From: Oscillospiraceae bacterium
Lineage (GTDB): Bacteria; Bacillota; Clostridia; Oscillospirales; Oscillospiraceae
Length of the DNA stretch: 64,000 nucleotides
Direction of reading: 5' to 3'
Assembly: GCA_017501695.1 (NCBI GenBank)
Contig: JAFVWL010000043.1
Coordinates: 3,592-67,591, forward strand
A program made the translations under genes and the position numbers. Positions 35,765-46,000 of this stretch are shown in pieces; the stretch's first letter is position 1, and the number at the start of each line of letters is the position of its first letter. Under the pieces are notes generated by a model, which saw nothing but the letters and a program-made list of their open reading frames with translations, was not told where the DNA came from and did not search any database.

Positions 35765-38700
35765 TTACTGTTCCTTTTTCTTGCCCATCTTGCTGTAGAC
35801 CAGCATGGCACCGCAGGCTACAGTCAGGACGGCGGAACCGATGACCATATACTCAATGGCGGTCTCCCACCAGGGAGTGATCTCCACGAATTCCGCAGTG
35901 GCGGACATACCGTTGATGATGTTGCCGCGGCTGATGGCGTACTCCCAGTTGATGGCGGCCTCGGTCAGCAGCTGCAGCAGGTAGCCGTCGTCGGTCTCCT
36001 TGGCCTGCTTCAGAACGGCCATGCCGTGGGCACCGGCGCCGTCCAGGCACCATTCCTGAGTACCGGCGGTAATGACTTCCACAGAGTGGTTCTTGTAGCC
36101 GGAGTCGTCCACATAGGCGGCGGCGTCAAAGGCGGGAGCCGCGTCGGTATCGATACAGCCGTGCCAGCCCCACTCGTTACGCAGGACGGTGGTATTGTAA
36201 GCATAGCTGGAGGAGCACCACTTCAGACCGAAGCGGGAGAAGGACTGCATCAGACCACCGGCCTGACCGGCACGGATGGAGCCCTCGCCGGCTCTCAGAG
36301 TGGTCTCACGGAAGGCCTGCTCGTTGAAGAAGCAGGACAGACCCTCACGGTAGAACTCCTGATCGTTGCCCACTGCATGCTTGGGACCGGCCAGGGTGCC
36401 GCACTTCTGCATAGCGACGGTTTCCAGCTCACCGGCCAGATAGGACATGATGGGGCACTCGGACATATACTCGAAGCTTCTGCCGCCGAAGGGAGTCCGG
36501 TGCAGGTTGACACCCATGTTGTAGTTGATCATGAACTTGCTCCACAGTGCGTCTTCGCCCATGGCGGTGCCGCGGCCGCTCATCAGATCGGGGTTGAAGG
36601 TACCGGTCAGGATGGGCTTGGAGCAGTAACGGGTGGTGGGGATGGTGACCTCTTCACCGTTGACGTTGATCTTGATGGGCAGGGAGCCGCCGACGGAGTC
36701 AGCGCCGTCACCGACCTTGAATGCAGGGGACAGGTTGCCGACAGCGGGGCAGGTGAAGCTCTCAGCGGTGGCAGCGGGCAGATCCTCGGGCTGGAGCTGG
36801 TAGATGAACTTTAGCCAGGTGGCGCGGTCGGAGTAAGGAACATCCTTCATCATAGCCAGGGTGATGCCCTCATCCTTGCCGAAGTTGGCAGCGATTTCCG
36901 CGTAGGAAGGCGCGTCAGCGGCCTTCTCGTACCACTCGCCGTCCAGGATGTCCAGCATGGCATCGGTGGCGGAAACGGTGGTGGGAGCCACGGGGTAGGT
37001 ACCGGCCCAGTCGTTACGGGACAGGTAGACACCGGAACCGGCGACCCAGTAGTTCAGATCGCAGTCGTCGAACTGGTTGGTGATCTCGAAGCCGGTCTCG
37101 GGAGACAGGTTATACTTTTCGTTGTCGAATTCCTGATGCCACTTGTAGGACTTGGCAGCGTTGCCGTTGGCGGTCATGCCATTGGCGGTGGTGTAGCCCT
37201 GGGCGGCCAGGATGTTGTTCAGAGCGTCGTGGCAGTCATCGCCGATGGAGATGTAGTAATCGCCCTCGGACAGGATGTAGCCCTTTTCCTTGGTGTAGTC
37301 GTAGCTGGCCAGCAGGTACTTGTCAACGGTAACGGTGACCGTCTCGGTGCCGTTGGGCTCCAGCATACCGGTCTTGTCGAAGCCAGCAAGCTGAATGGCG
37401 GACTTTTCGACCTTGTTGGCGATTTCATACTCGCCGTAAGGAGTCTGGGCATAGACCTGGACAACGGACTTGCCGGCAACGGAGCCGGTGTTCTTGACGG
37501 TGACGGTGACGGTGATCTCGTCCTCGCCTACCTCGACCTTATCCAGGGTCTGCTCGAAGGTGGTGTAGCTCTGGCCATAGCCGAAGGGGAACTGGACCTC
37601 GTTCTCGTACTTCCACTCGGAAGCACCGGCCAGGGCACCCACATTGGACTTGGCGTTGCCCTTGCCCATGACGTAGTCGGCATAACGGGTCTCGTAGTAG
37701 CGGTAGCCGATGTAGATGCCTTCAGCCTGGAAGGACATATACTCCGCGAACTCATCGGCGCCGATGGTGGCGTTAATGTGGTCCACATTGGCATACAGAG
37801 GAGACTGGGTGCCGGAGTTGACGGTGGCGGGGGCGGACAGGGAGCTGGTGGCATAGGTATCGACCAGCTTACCGGAGGGGTTCACGGTGCCGCGGAGGAT
37901 CTCAGCAACACCCACGAAGCCCTGATGGCCGGGGAAGCCGATGTACAGAATGGCGTCGCAGTAAGGAATGATCTCATGGACTTCCATCTGGTTGGGGCTG
38001 TTCAGCAGGACCACGACCTTGTCGAACTCGCTGCGGACCATAGCCAGCAGGTCCTTCTCGTTCTGGTGCAGAGCCAGGGAGCTCATGACGGTAACGCCGT
38101 CATCGTCCACGTCCTGCATCTTCAGGTCGGTACCTTCGGCACCCTGACGGGCGAAGGTCACGATGGCCACATCCTTGTAGTCGTTGGCCCAGGAACTCTT
38201 GACGGTGTCATAGTAGCCGATGGGATCCTCGGTATTGGCAACGGAGCCGCTGACACCGGCGCCGCCCCAGCCGGCAGCACCGTTGTTACGGGTGACGGTG
38301 GAGGCCTTCAGGTGGTCCCACAGGGTGGGGTTGACCACGAAGTTCTGGCCTTCCAGAGCCTGCCGCAGGTTAATGACATTCAGGCCGCCGTCCGCAGCCT
38401 TGGTGCCGGCGGAGGAGGACTGATATGCGGAATCCACGGAAGCGTGACCGAACAGGGAAACCCGGGTCTCGGTCTTCAGGGGCAGCACACCGTTGTTGTA
38501 CAGCAGGGCCGCGCCTTCACGCATTTCGTTGATGTTCTGTTCAAAGGATGCCTTGAGCATGGCTTCCTGGGCCTTGATGTCATCAAAGGCGCCGAAGCTG
38601 CTCTTGAAATAGGTGGTATCGCCGGCCTCGCCCTTTTCGACGATGATCACGGGATCGATACCCAGCATGTTGTTGATAACGTCAGCATAGCCCAGAGCCG

Positions 38701-38794
38701 CGCCCTGGCCGATGATGCTGATGACCAGCAGGACTGCCACGATGGCGGTCAGGCCGGACCACAATTTAGAATTTCTCAACTTAATTCTTCCCAC
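35765..38794 (-). CDS. Glycoside hydrolase family 3 beta-glucosidase, membrane-anchored, inverted domain order (start uncertain: GTG 38794 or downstream TTG)
   Basis: EGAALLYN, NPSGKLVDT, EGIYIGYRYYET, FPFGYGQSYTTF, HRTPFGGRSFEY.SE, KH..GNDQE, LRNEWG..G.IDTD; N- and C-terminal TMs. Confidence 0.95.
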   Translation of the reverse strand: MGRIKLRNSKLWSGLTAIVAVLLVISIIGQGAALGYADVINNMLGIDPVIIVEKGEAGDTTYFKSSFGAFDDIKAQEAMLKASFEQNINEMREGAALLYNNGVLPLKTETRVSLFGHASVDSAYQSSSAGTKAADGGLNVINLRQALEGQNFVVNPTLWDHLKASTVTRNNGAAGWGGAGVSGSVANTEDPIGYYDTVKSSWANDYKDVAIVTFARQGAEGTDLKMQDVDDDGVTVMSSLALHQNEKDLLAMVRSEFDKVVVLLNSPNQMEVHEIIPYCDAILYIGFPGHQGFVGVAEILRGTVNPSGKLVDTYATSSLSAPATVNSGTQSPLYANVDHINATIGADEFAEYMSFQAEGIYIGYRYYETRYADYVMGKGNAKSNVGALAGASEWKYENEVQFPFGYGQSYTTFEQTLDKVEVGEDEITVTVTVKNTGSVAGKSVVQVYAQTPYGEYEIANKVEKSAIQLAGFDKTGMLEPNGTETVTVTVDKYLLASYDYTKEKGYILSEGDYYISIGDDCHDALNNILAAQGYTTANGMTANGNAAKSYKWHQEFDNEKYNLSPETGFEITNQFDDCDLNYWVAGSGVYLSRNDWAGTYPVAPTTVSATDAMLDILDGEWYEKAADAPSYAEIAANFGKDEGITLAMMKDVPYSDRATWLKFIYQLQPEDLPAATAESFTCPAVGNLSPAFKVGDGADSVGGSLPIKINVNGEEVTIPTTRYCSKPILTGTFNPDLMSGRGTAMGEDALWSKFMINYNMGVNLHRTPFGGRSFEYMSECPIMSYLAGELETVAMQKCGTLAGPKHAVGNDQEFYREGLSCFFNEQAFRETTLRAGEGSIRAGQAGGLMQSFSRFGLKWCSSSYAYNTTVLRNEWGWHGCIDTDAAPAFDAAAYVDDSGYKNHSVEVITAGTQEWCLDGAGAHGMAVLKQAKETDDGYLLQLLTEAAINWEYAISRGNIINGMSATAEFVEITPWWETAIEYMVIGSAVLTVACGAMLVYSKMGKKKEQ

Positions 38795-39004
38795 TTATCG
38801 TTGTTTTTCTTCGGGCAGCCCAACCGTGTTGGCTGCCCCGCGACAGCTTGCCGCCTCCGCGGCCATGTTCATTTCTTTGATCGGGCCTTCCCCCTTTCGT
38901 GGTCAGACAGGTTTCCACGCCGCGTTACCCATCAAAACGCACAAAGTATAACACGGCTTATGGTTGTTTTTAGTGTAACACGCACAAACGCCGTGCGCAA
39001 CACC

Positions 39005-39039
39005 TTTTTCGCAAACGACAAAAATTTTTTCGCAAATGA
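39005..39039. promoter_or_regulatory. Putative LytTR binding site (direct repeat, 21-bp period)
   Basis: tttttcgcaaacga (39005-39018) and tttttcgcaaatga (39026-39039) between the divergent GH3 and LytTR regulator genes. Confidence 0.7.
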
Positions 39040-39111
39040 TGTTTGTATCCCGGCCCGCCGTGTGCTATAATTCTACACAGAACGACCCGCGCAGGAAAGG
39101 AGGCCATCGGC

Positions 39112-39816
39112 ATGATCCGTATCGCCATTGTGGAAGATGATCCCAAAGATCTGGAACAGCTCCGGAGCTTTCTGAACCAATACAGCCTGGACCAGAGGAA
39201 ACAGTTCCGGGTTTCCGCCTTCCAGGATCCCATGCGCTTTCTCAGCGATTACCGGTCAGACTACGACCTGATTTTTATGGACATTGAACTGTCCCCTTAT
39301 AACGGAATCGACATCAGCCGCCGTCTTCGGGAGATGGATGATTTGGTAGCACTGGTTTTCATTACCAATATGGAACAGTTCGCGGTCCACGGCTATGAAG
39401 TGGATGCCCTGGACTTCGTTGTAAAGCCCATCAACTATTACCGCTTCTCCGCCATGATGGGCAAGGCCCTGCGAAGCATTGCCCGCCGCAGTGAAAAGGA
39501 AGTTCTGGTTCGCTCCGCCTCCCGCATCACCCGGGTCCCTATCTCCCAGCTCTATTATGTGGAGATCCGGGACCATCTGCTGATCTATCACACCAGCCAG
39601 GGGGATCTGGATGCCTGGGGCAAGCTGTCAGACATTGAAAATGAACTGGACCCCCACGACTTCATCCGCTGCAGCAGTTCTTATCTGGTGAACCTGCGCC
39701 ATGTGATCCGGGTGGACGGCGATACGGTGGTAGTGGCCGGAACGCCCCTGCCCATCAGCCAGCGGCGGAAAAAGGCCTTCTGCAACAGCGTTACCGCCTA
39801 CCTCAGCGGCCGCTGA
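39112..39816 (+). CDS. LytTR-family response regulator
   Basis: IAIVEDD, IFMDIEL, FVVKP; C-terminal F.RC.SSYLVNL.HV..LPISQRRK. Confidence 0.96.
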   Translation: MIRIAIVEDDPKDLEQLRSFLNQYSLDQRKQFRVSAFQDPMRFLSDYRSDYDLIFMDIELSPYNGIDISRRLREMDDLVALVFITNMEQFAVHGYEVDALDFVVKPINYYRFSAMMGKALRSIARRSEKEVLVRSASRITRVPISQLYYVEIRDHLLIYHTSQGDLDAWGKLSDIENELDPHDFIRCSSSYLVNLRHVIRVDGDTVVVAGTPLPISQRRKKAFCNSVTAYLSGR

Positions 39817-39832
39817 CCGGAAAGGATGCGCC

Positions 39833-41167
39833 ATGGACCAATCCCAAATGATCAATTTATTTCTGAAAAATGTCATGTTCTACGACATTTTCTTCGCCTT
39901 TCTGTCCGCTACCTTGCTCTTTGCCCACCGCTGTCAGCGGCACAAGCAATTCTGGCCCCGGGTGGCGCTGGTAGCCGCGGCGGTTCTTGTGGTCTGCCGA
40001 ATTTTTGTGGTAACCTACCGGGGAGATCTGTTCACTGAAGTCATTTATTGCGCGGTGCTGATCGCACTGCTCATCGCGGGACTGAATTTCTGCTACACCA
40101 ACAGCTTCTGGACCATCCTGTTCTATTTTGGCTCCGGCTTTATGACCTGGTATATCGCCGACCGGAGCATCATCGTGGCAGCTTCCCTGGCGCAGCAGCA
40201 TCCTGTTCTGGCTCAGTTTTTTACGGAAGGTACACTTTCCCACATGGTCCTTTATTGCGGCACCTTTGTGGCCGTCTATTTTCTGATCTTCATCACCATC
40301 GGCCGCCGGATGCAAAAGCTGGACGGTATCGAGATCCCTCCCTCCAATGCCATCTTGCTGATCCTGGTGGTGTGCATTCTGACCCCCATCTTTTATTTTG
40401 AAAGTGAACTGGTGGCACGGTACAATCTGTTCTACTATACCCTGCTGAACATGGCGGAGATCCTCTACTATGTATCCATGCTAGTGGTGCAGGTAAATAC
40501 GCTTACCTCCATCAAAGAACGGACAGAGTTCACCACCTTGCAAAAGCTATGGCTGGAAGAACAGAAGCAGTACAAGCTCATCAAAGAAAATATCGAAGCC
40601 ATCAATATCAAGTGCCACGATCTGAAACACCAGATCCGTCACCTGCGGGAAACCAACCAGGTGGACGAAAAGTATCTGGCGGAACTGGAAAAATCCATTT
40701 CCATCTACAACAGCGCCGTCCGCACAGGCAATGAAACGCTGGATGTGATTCTGACGGACAAGCGGCTCCACTGCACTACCAACGGCATTCAGTTCACCTG
40801 CATGGCAGAAGGCGGGAAGCTGGATTTCATGGATGCCATTGACATCTTCTCCCTGTTCGGAAACGCTCTGGACAACGCCATCGAGTGTACGGAGAATCTG
40901 GCCCCGGAGATGCGGTTCATTCATCTGACCGTCCGGGCTACCAATGAGCTTTTGCTGATCCACATTGAAAATCCCTTCCTGGGCAAGCTGGTCATGGAGG
41001 ACGGCATTCCCGTCACCACCAAGAGCAACCGGGATTACCATGGCTATGGTATGCGCAGCATGCGCCGGGTAGTCCGGAAATACCGTGGTGACCTGACTAT
41101 TTCCACCGAAGACCAATTGTTCCAGCTCAACATCATGATCCCAATTCCCCAGAATATTCATCAATAA
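39833..41167 (+). CDS. Sensor histidine kinase, GHKL (AgrC/VirS-like)
   Basis: Multi-TM N-terminus; KCHDLKHQI, TGNETLDVIL, GNALDNAIE, HGYGMRSM. Confidence 0.95.
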   Translation: MDQSQMINLFLKNVMFYDIFFAFLSATLLFAHRCQRHKQFWPRVALVAAAVLVVCRIFVVTYRGDLFTEVIYCAVLIALLIAGLNFCYTNSFWTILFYFGSGFMTWYIADRSIIVAASLAQQHPVLAQFFTEGTLSHMVLYCGTFVAVYFLIFITIGRRMQKLDGIEIPPSNAILLILVVCILTPIFYFESELVARYNLFYYTLLNMAEILYYVSMLVVQVNTLTSIKERTEFTTLQKLWLEEQKQYKLIKENIEAINIKCHDLKHQIRHLRETNQVDEKYLAELEKSISIYNSAVRTGNETLDVILTDKRLHCTTNGIQFTCMAEGGKLDFMDAIDIFSLFGNALDNAIECTENLAPEMRFIHLTVRATNELLLIHIENPFLGKLVMEDGIPVTTKSNRDYHGYGMRSMRRVVRKYRGDLTISTEDQLFQLNIMIPIPQNIHQ

Positions 41168-41186
41168 TCGGAAAGGAGTGAGAAAA

Positions 41187-42956
41187 ATGCGGAAAGCAGC
41201 CGGTTTTCTCGCTCTTTTTTTGCTTGCAGCTCTGCTTTGGGGCTGTTCGCCGGAGGCGGTGATCCCGGCATGGGAATGCCGGGTGGTCCTGGAGGAAAGC
41301 CCGGGCTTTATCTGCGCCGACCACACCCAGATCGTCCGCCGGGGCGCCGACGCCACCTTCTATCTGGAAACCGCCGACGGCTACCGGATCCTGGGCACGG
41401 ACTACGAAAACGCCACCGTCTCCCCTGCCCCCACCGGCGGCACCATCGTCACCCTCCATCAGATCCGCTACCCCACCGTGGTGACCCTGACCGTGGAAAA
41501 AAGTGATGTCTTCCTCCGCTACCATCCCAACGACGGCACAAATCGGGAAGCGTTGGAGATACCTCTGACCCCCTCCCATCTGCGCTGGAACACAGCCACC
41601 GGAATTTTTACCCGGCCCGGCCACACCCTGACGGGCTGGAACACGGCCCCGGACGGATCCGGCACTGCCGTAGGTCTGGGCAGCCGCCTGGACCCGGCGG
41701 AAGGACCGGACCTGTACGCCCAGTGGTGTCCCTGGTCAGATGAATCCCTGTTCCGTTGGGAGAAAACCCCCACCGGCATCCGCATCACCGGCTACGCCGG
41801 CACGGAGGACACGGTCTGTGTACCCGGAGAGCTGGAGGGCACTCCCGTGACCTGCATCGCCGCCGATGCCTTCCGTGGGCTGGTCTGCCGGCGAGTGGTC
41901 CTGCCGGACAGCCTGAAGATCATCGAGGATCTGGCCTTCCGGGACGCGGTGATGGAAGAGCTGGTACTTTTCGACAACATCCGGCAGATCCGGAACCCCG
42001 GCATGACCCTGACGACCCTGCGGCTCAACGCAGCGGAGCTGCCGGTATACAGCGCCACCTACTACGACACCTTCCAGGACAAGTACGACTGGCTGCTCAG
42101 CGTAAAGGATAAGAAGAAGATCGTTCTGTTCTCCGGTTCCTCTACCCGGTTCGGCTATGACAGCAAGCTGCTCCGGGAGGCATTCCCGGAATACGAGATC
42201 GTGAACATGGGTGTCTTCGCATACACCACCGCCATGCCCCAGATGGAGCTGATCCTGCAGTGCATGAATCCTGGGGATGTGCTGCTGCATATGCCGGAAT
42301 TCGACGCCGCCAAACGGCAGTTCTGCACCACCACGGATCTGGATGAACCCTTCTTCAACATGATGGAATCCAACTACGACACCCTGGCCGCCCTGGATAT
42401 GCGCCATTACACCAATGTTTTCCCGGCCCTGGAAGCCTACCTTTCCACCAGGGATGCCATGGACAAAAAGAGCTACGGCCTGTGGGCCGGAGATTTTGAC
42501 GAGGACGGCAATCCCGTAGGCAGCCCCAGCTACAACCAATACGGTGACTACATTGTTTACCGTCCCAACGCCGCTACGGACCAGCCGGTATACGGCCTGC
42601 CGGTGCACTACACCGTTTCCGCCTTCCCGGAAGCGCTGTTCATCGATCCCATCAACCGGATGTACGAAAAATTCCAGGTTGCCGGGGTATATGTCTATTA
42701 CACCTACTCCCCACGCAATGCCCTGGCCCTGTCCGACGACAGCACCCCCCAGGCCCGGGCAGAGCTGGACGCCTATTTCCGGGAGAAGCTTCAGGTGCCC
42801 ATCATTTCGGAGCTGGAGGATTCCCTGTGGCGTGGCGTGTACCTTTACGGAACGGACAACCACCTGTCCACCGAAGGTGTGCAGATTCACACCCAACGGC
42901 TGATTCCCCTGCTCCGGGCGCAGATGGAACAGGACGGATTGCTGGAGAAGGAATAA
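41187..42956 (+). CDS. Lipoprotein with InlB-B-like repeat, BspA-type LRR and SGNH-like C-terminal domain
   Basis: Lipobox LLWGC; FTRPGHTLTGWNT.PDGSG; VTCIAADAF...LPDSLKIIEDLAF; SGSSTRFG and DNHLS..G. Confidence 0.8.
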   Translation: MRKAAGFLALFLLAALLWGCSPEAVIPAWECRVVLEESPGFICADHTQIVRRGADATFYLETADGYRILGTDYENATVSPAPTGGTIVTLHQIRYPTVVTLTVEKSDVFLRYHPNDGTNREALEIPLTPSHLRWNTATGIFTRPGHTLTGWNTAPDGSGTAVGLGSRLDPAEGPDLYAQWCPWSDESLFRWEKTPTGIRITGYAGTEDTVCVPGELEGTPVTCIAADAFRGLVCRRVVLPDSLKIIEDLAFRDAVMEELVLFDNIRQIRNPGMTLTTLRLNAAELPVYSATYYDTFQDKYDWLLSVKDKKKIVLFSGSSTRFGYDSKLLREAFPEYEIVNMGVFAYTTAMPQMELILQCMNPGDVLLHMPEFDAAKRQFCTTTDLDEPFFNMMESNYDTLAALDMRHYTNVFPALEAYLSTRDAMDKKSYGLWAGDFDEDGNPVGSPSYNQYGDYIVYRPNAATDQPVYGLPVHYTVSAFPEALFIDPINRMYEKFQVAGVYVYYTYSPRNALALSDDSTPQARAELDAYFREKLQVPIISELEDSLWRGVYLYGTDNHLSTEGVQIHTQRLIPLLRAQMEQDGLLEKE

Positions 42957-42996
42957 ATCCGCACCTTGTCATCCTGCGTTCCGAATTCCATACAAA

Positions 42997-43024
42997 AAAG
43001 GGCTGCCGCTTTCGCGGCAGCCCT
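42997..43024. terminator. Bidirectional terminator
   Basis: agggctgccgc-tttc-gcggcagccct between convergent genes. Confidence 0.75.
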
Positions 43025-43045
43025 CTTGTGCTGCTATGGGGGGAA

Positions 43046-46000
43046 TTACCGGCTGCCGGAACGGTAGCTGCCAATGCCCAGGGGGTTAACACCTGCCTCC
43101 GCAGGCTCCTCAGGATCCACACCGCCGGTGACTTCGGCATAGTGGATGCTGGCGATGATGTTGTACTCGCCGGTGCTGCCCAGGGCAAACAGCCGGTCGG
43201 GGGTACGGATGGGCTCCCAGGTCTCGTAGTCCATCTCCTCGGTCTCGTGGCCGGGGACGTACAGGAACAGCTCATTGGTGGAGCCGTTGTTCCAGTAGTC
43301 GTACAGGCTCATCAGGATCATAGGATCGTTGTCCTTGGTGTAGCCGGCGAACTCGATGTCGGAGAAGTGATAGGTGATCCGGGGCATGGTGCCCTCACGG
43401 AACATATCGGTCAGGGGAGTTTCCACGATCTTGGTAATGTGGAAGACAGAGTAGGTGCCATCCTCGGCCACATCCTCGCTGAGGATGACGCCGTTGCGGG
43501 TACCGTCGATGGAGCCGCCGTCGGGGGTGGTCAGGAACACATTGCCCCACTCGTCGGATTCCATGGTAACGCCGGTGACCTCATTGATGTACCACAGACG
43601 GCCCACGTTGTCCAGCAGGATCAGGGTCTGGTCGGGCTGGTAGCTGCAGGGCATACCGGCAGCCCAGTTGCCCAGGTAGTCCTTGTAGGTATCGTAGTAG
43701 TAGGTCTGGCCGTACATATCCTTAATGCCGCCGTCGATGCCGGTGATGCCGCAGAAGACGATCTCACTGGAAGCGCCCTGGCCGGTCTCGCCGGTGATGA
43801 AGCCGGTGTTGGACTCCATCAGGTAAGGCAGCATATTCAGGCGGTGCCACATGAACATGTTGGTCTCTTCGTCGTAGGAGTTCAGCATTTCCTCTTCCTG
43901 CTCGTGGTTCATGGGCATATCCACATACATGAAGTAGTTCATGATGCCGGTGAAGCTGTCCATGGACTCGGAGTAGTGCATACCGAAGAGCATATCGCCG
44001 TCGATGGGGGCCAGCACATCCTTCACCGCGCCGGTGTAAGGATCGATCTCGTAGACCATGCCGGTGTTGCCAACCTCGCAGGTCCAGATGGAGCCGCGGC
44101 CGAACTCGGTGGTGCCCAGAGCCAGGCCATAGTTCATTTCATTGGGGGCGGTGATGGGGCTGCCCTCTGTCAGGGTGGCCACACCTTCAACCATGTTGAA
44201 CGTATAGGGTCTGGCGTTGTAGAAGCTGCCGATGCCGGAGCCCTGGGTGGACAGAACACCCTCGATCTTCAGATCCAGCGCGGTGACTTCCACGGACAGG
44301 GTATCGAACTTGGTCTCGTCCTCGGCAGAGGCAATGGTGATGACGGCGCTGCCGGGGTTCACAGCGGTGATGAAGCCGCTGCCATCCACGGTGACCACGT
44401 TGGGATCGGAGGAAGTCCAGACCACGGTCTTGTGGTCGGTATACCAGGGATCGATGTCATAGGAGAGCTGCTTGGTGCCGCCGATGCTCATGGTCAGGGT
44501 CTCCTCCCGCAGGATGGGCGTACCGATGACGGAAGGATCCATTTCGGGGAGGTTGGCGTGTTCCGCCTTGGCGGCGCTTTCAGCGGTCAGGGGCGCGAAC
44601 AGGGCGCAGGTCTCGCCGGACAGGTTGCCCACCTTGACAGCGGAAACCATGGGGTTGCCGTTTTCATCCTCGGTGACCACAGAAGGATCCACCTGGATCA
44701 GCTCGGAAACCATGTAGGTAGCGCCGGCATCGAAGCGGGCCCAGTACAGTGTTTCGGTGTTGTGGTCCCAGGCCATGGACTGCAGGAAATCCAGTTCCAT
44801 GCCGGTGTCGCCCACCAGACGGAAGGCACCCAGACGCATTCCATCCCAGGACTCTTCCATGGAGGCCTTCCAGATCTGGGCGGTGGACTCGGTAGTACCC
44901 AGATATTCCCAGGTTTCCTCATCATAATGGTCCTCATAATGAGAGCCCATGATGTAGAAGCTACCCTCATCGTCAATGGCCAGGCCCAGGCCTGCCAGCT
45001 CGCCGCGGCCAGCATACCACTCTTCCTGGTAGGGGGCCATTTCACTCCAAAGTGTTTCATCAAAGTATTCGCCATTGATATTAATGACAAAAATCTCAGA
45101 TTGCACACTGGGCACTCCGTACCACATCTCCTCAGTGGTCACCAGACCATAGAGCTTGCCGTCAGAGTAGTTGTAAGCGAAGTCTTGGTACACATTCTCC
45201 AGGGTGGCGATGTAGGTGGATTCCAGATCCATGGTGTTGTTCAGCATATCCTCGTAACGGAAGCCGTAGAGCTTGCCGTCCTCGGTCTGGGCGAAGACAT
45301 AGCCGCCCACATACTCCGCGGCCACAAAGTCCACGCCGTAATTGGGGAAGATGGCGGTTTCGTTGTAGTCCACGCCGCTGTTGAAGGACACCCAGCCATA
45401 GAAGCCGGTATTGTAGTTATACTGGTAAGCAACCAGGTCGCCGTAGGGCGCGCCTTCGCCACCCATGTTGATGCCGTAGTAGCTCTCATTGACGGCGTAG
45501 TCAGACAGGATGATCATCATCTTGCCGGTAATGCCGGTGATGTCGAAGGTCAGGGTGTAGTTCTGATAGCCATTCTCGTCGGGCTCCACATCCTGCACAC
45601 CGGTAATGCCATAAAGCTGCGTACCGGAGGGATCCGCCAGAATGACCGCGGAAGCGGACACATTATCCCGGAACTCCAGGGTCAGGTAAGTTCTGCCGGT
45701 TTCGGGATCCTCGGTGCGGATGGCGTTCAGCAGTTCGGGAGCTTCCAGGTCCACAGTGATGGGCACCTGCCAGTATTCGGGCTCCTCGTTTTCATCCAGG
45801 CCAACGGCCTCCACCTGCAGCAGGACCCGGGTGTTGTTTTCCAGGCCCTCCCAGTCATACAGGCCGGGCTCAGCGATGAACAGGTCGTAGGCGAAGGGGA
45901 TCACCTGGCCGTAGTTGCTGTAGAACACGCTCTTGGACACGTTGTTGATCTGGACGCCGAAGTATTCCTCGCCGGTATCCATATCGGTGTAGGTAATGGT

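Noticed and set aside
38795-38872. 25-codon uORF ending immediately before the GH3 GTG, and a hairpin in that leader
   Set aside because: Weak RBS and no telling amino-acid bias; cannot be distinguished from chance or a mis-set start.
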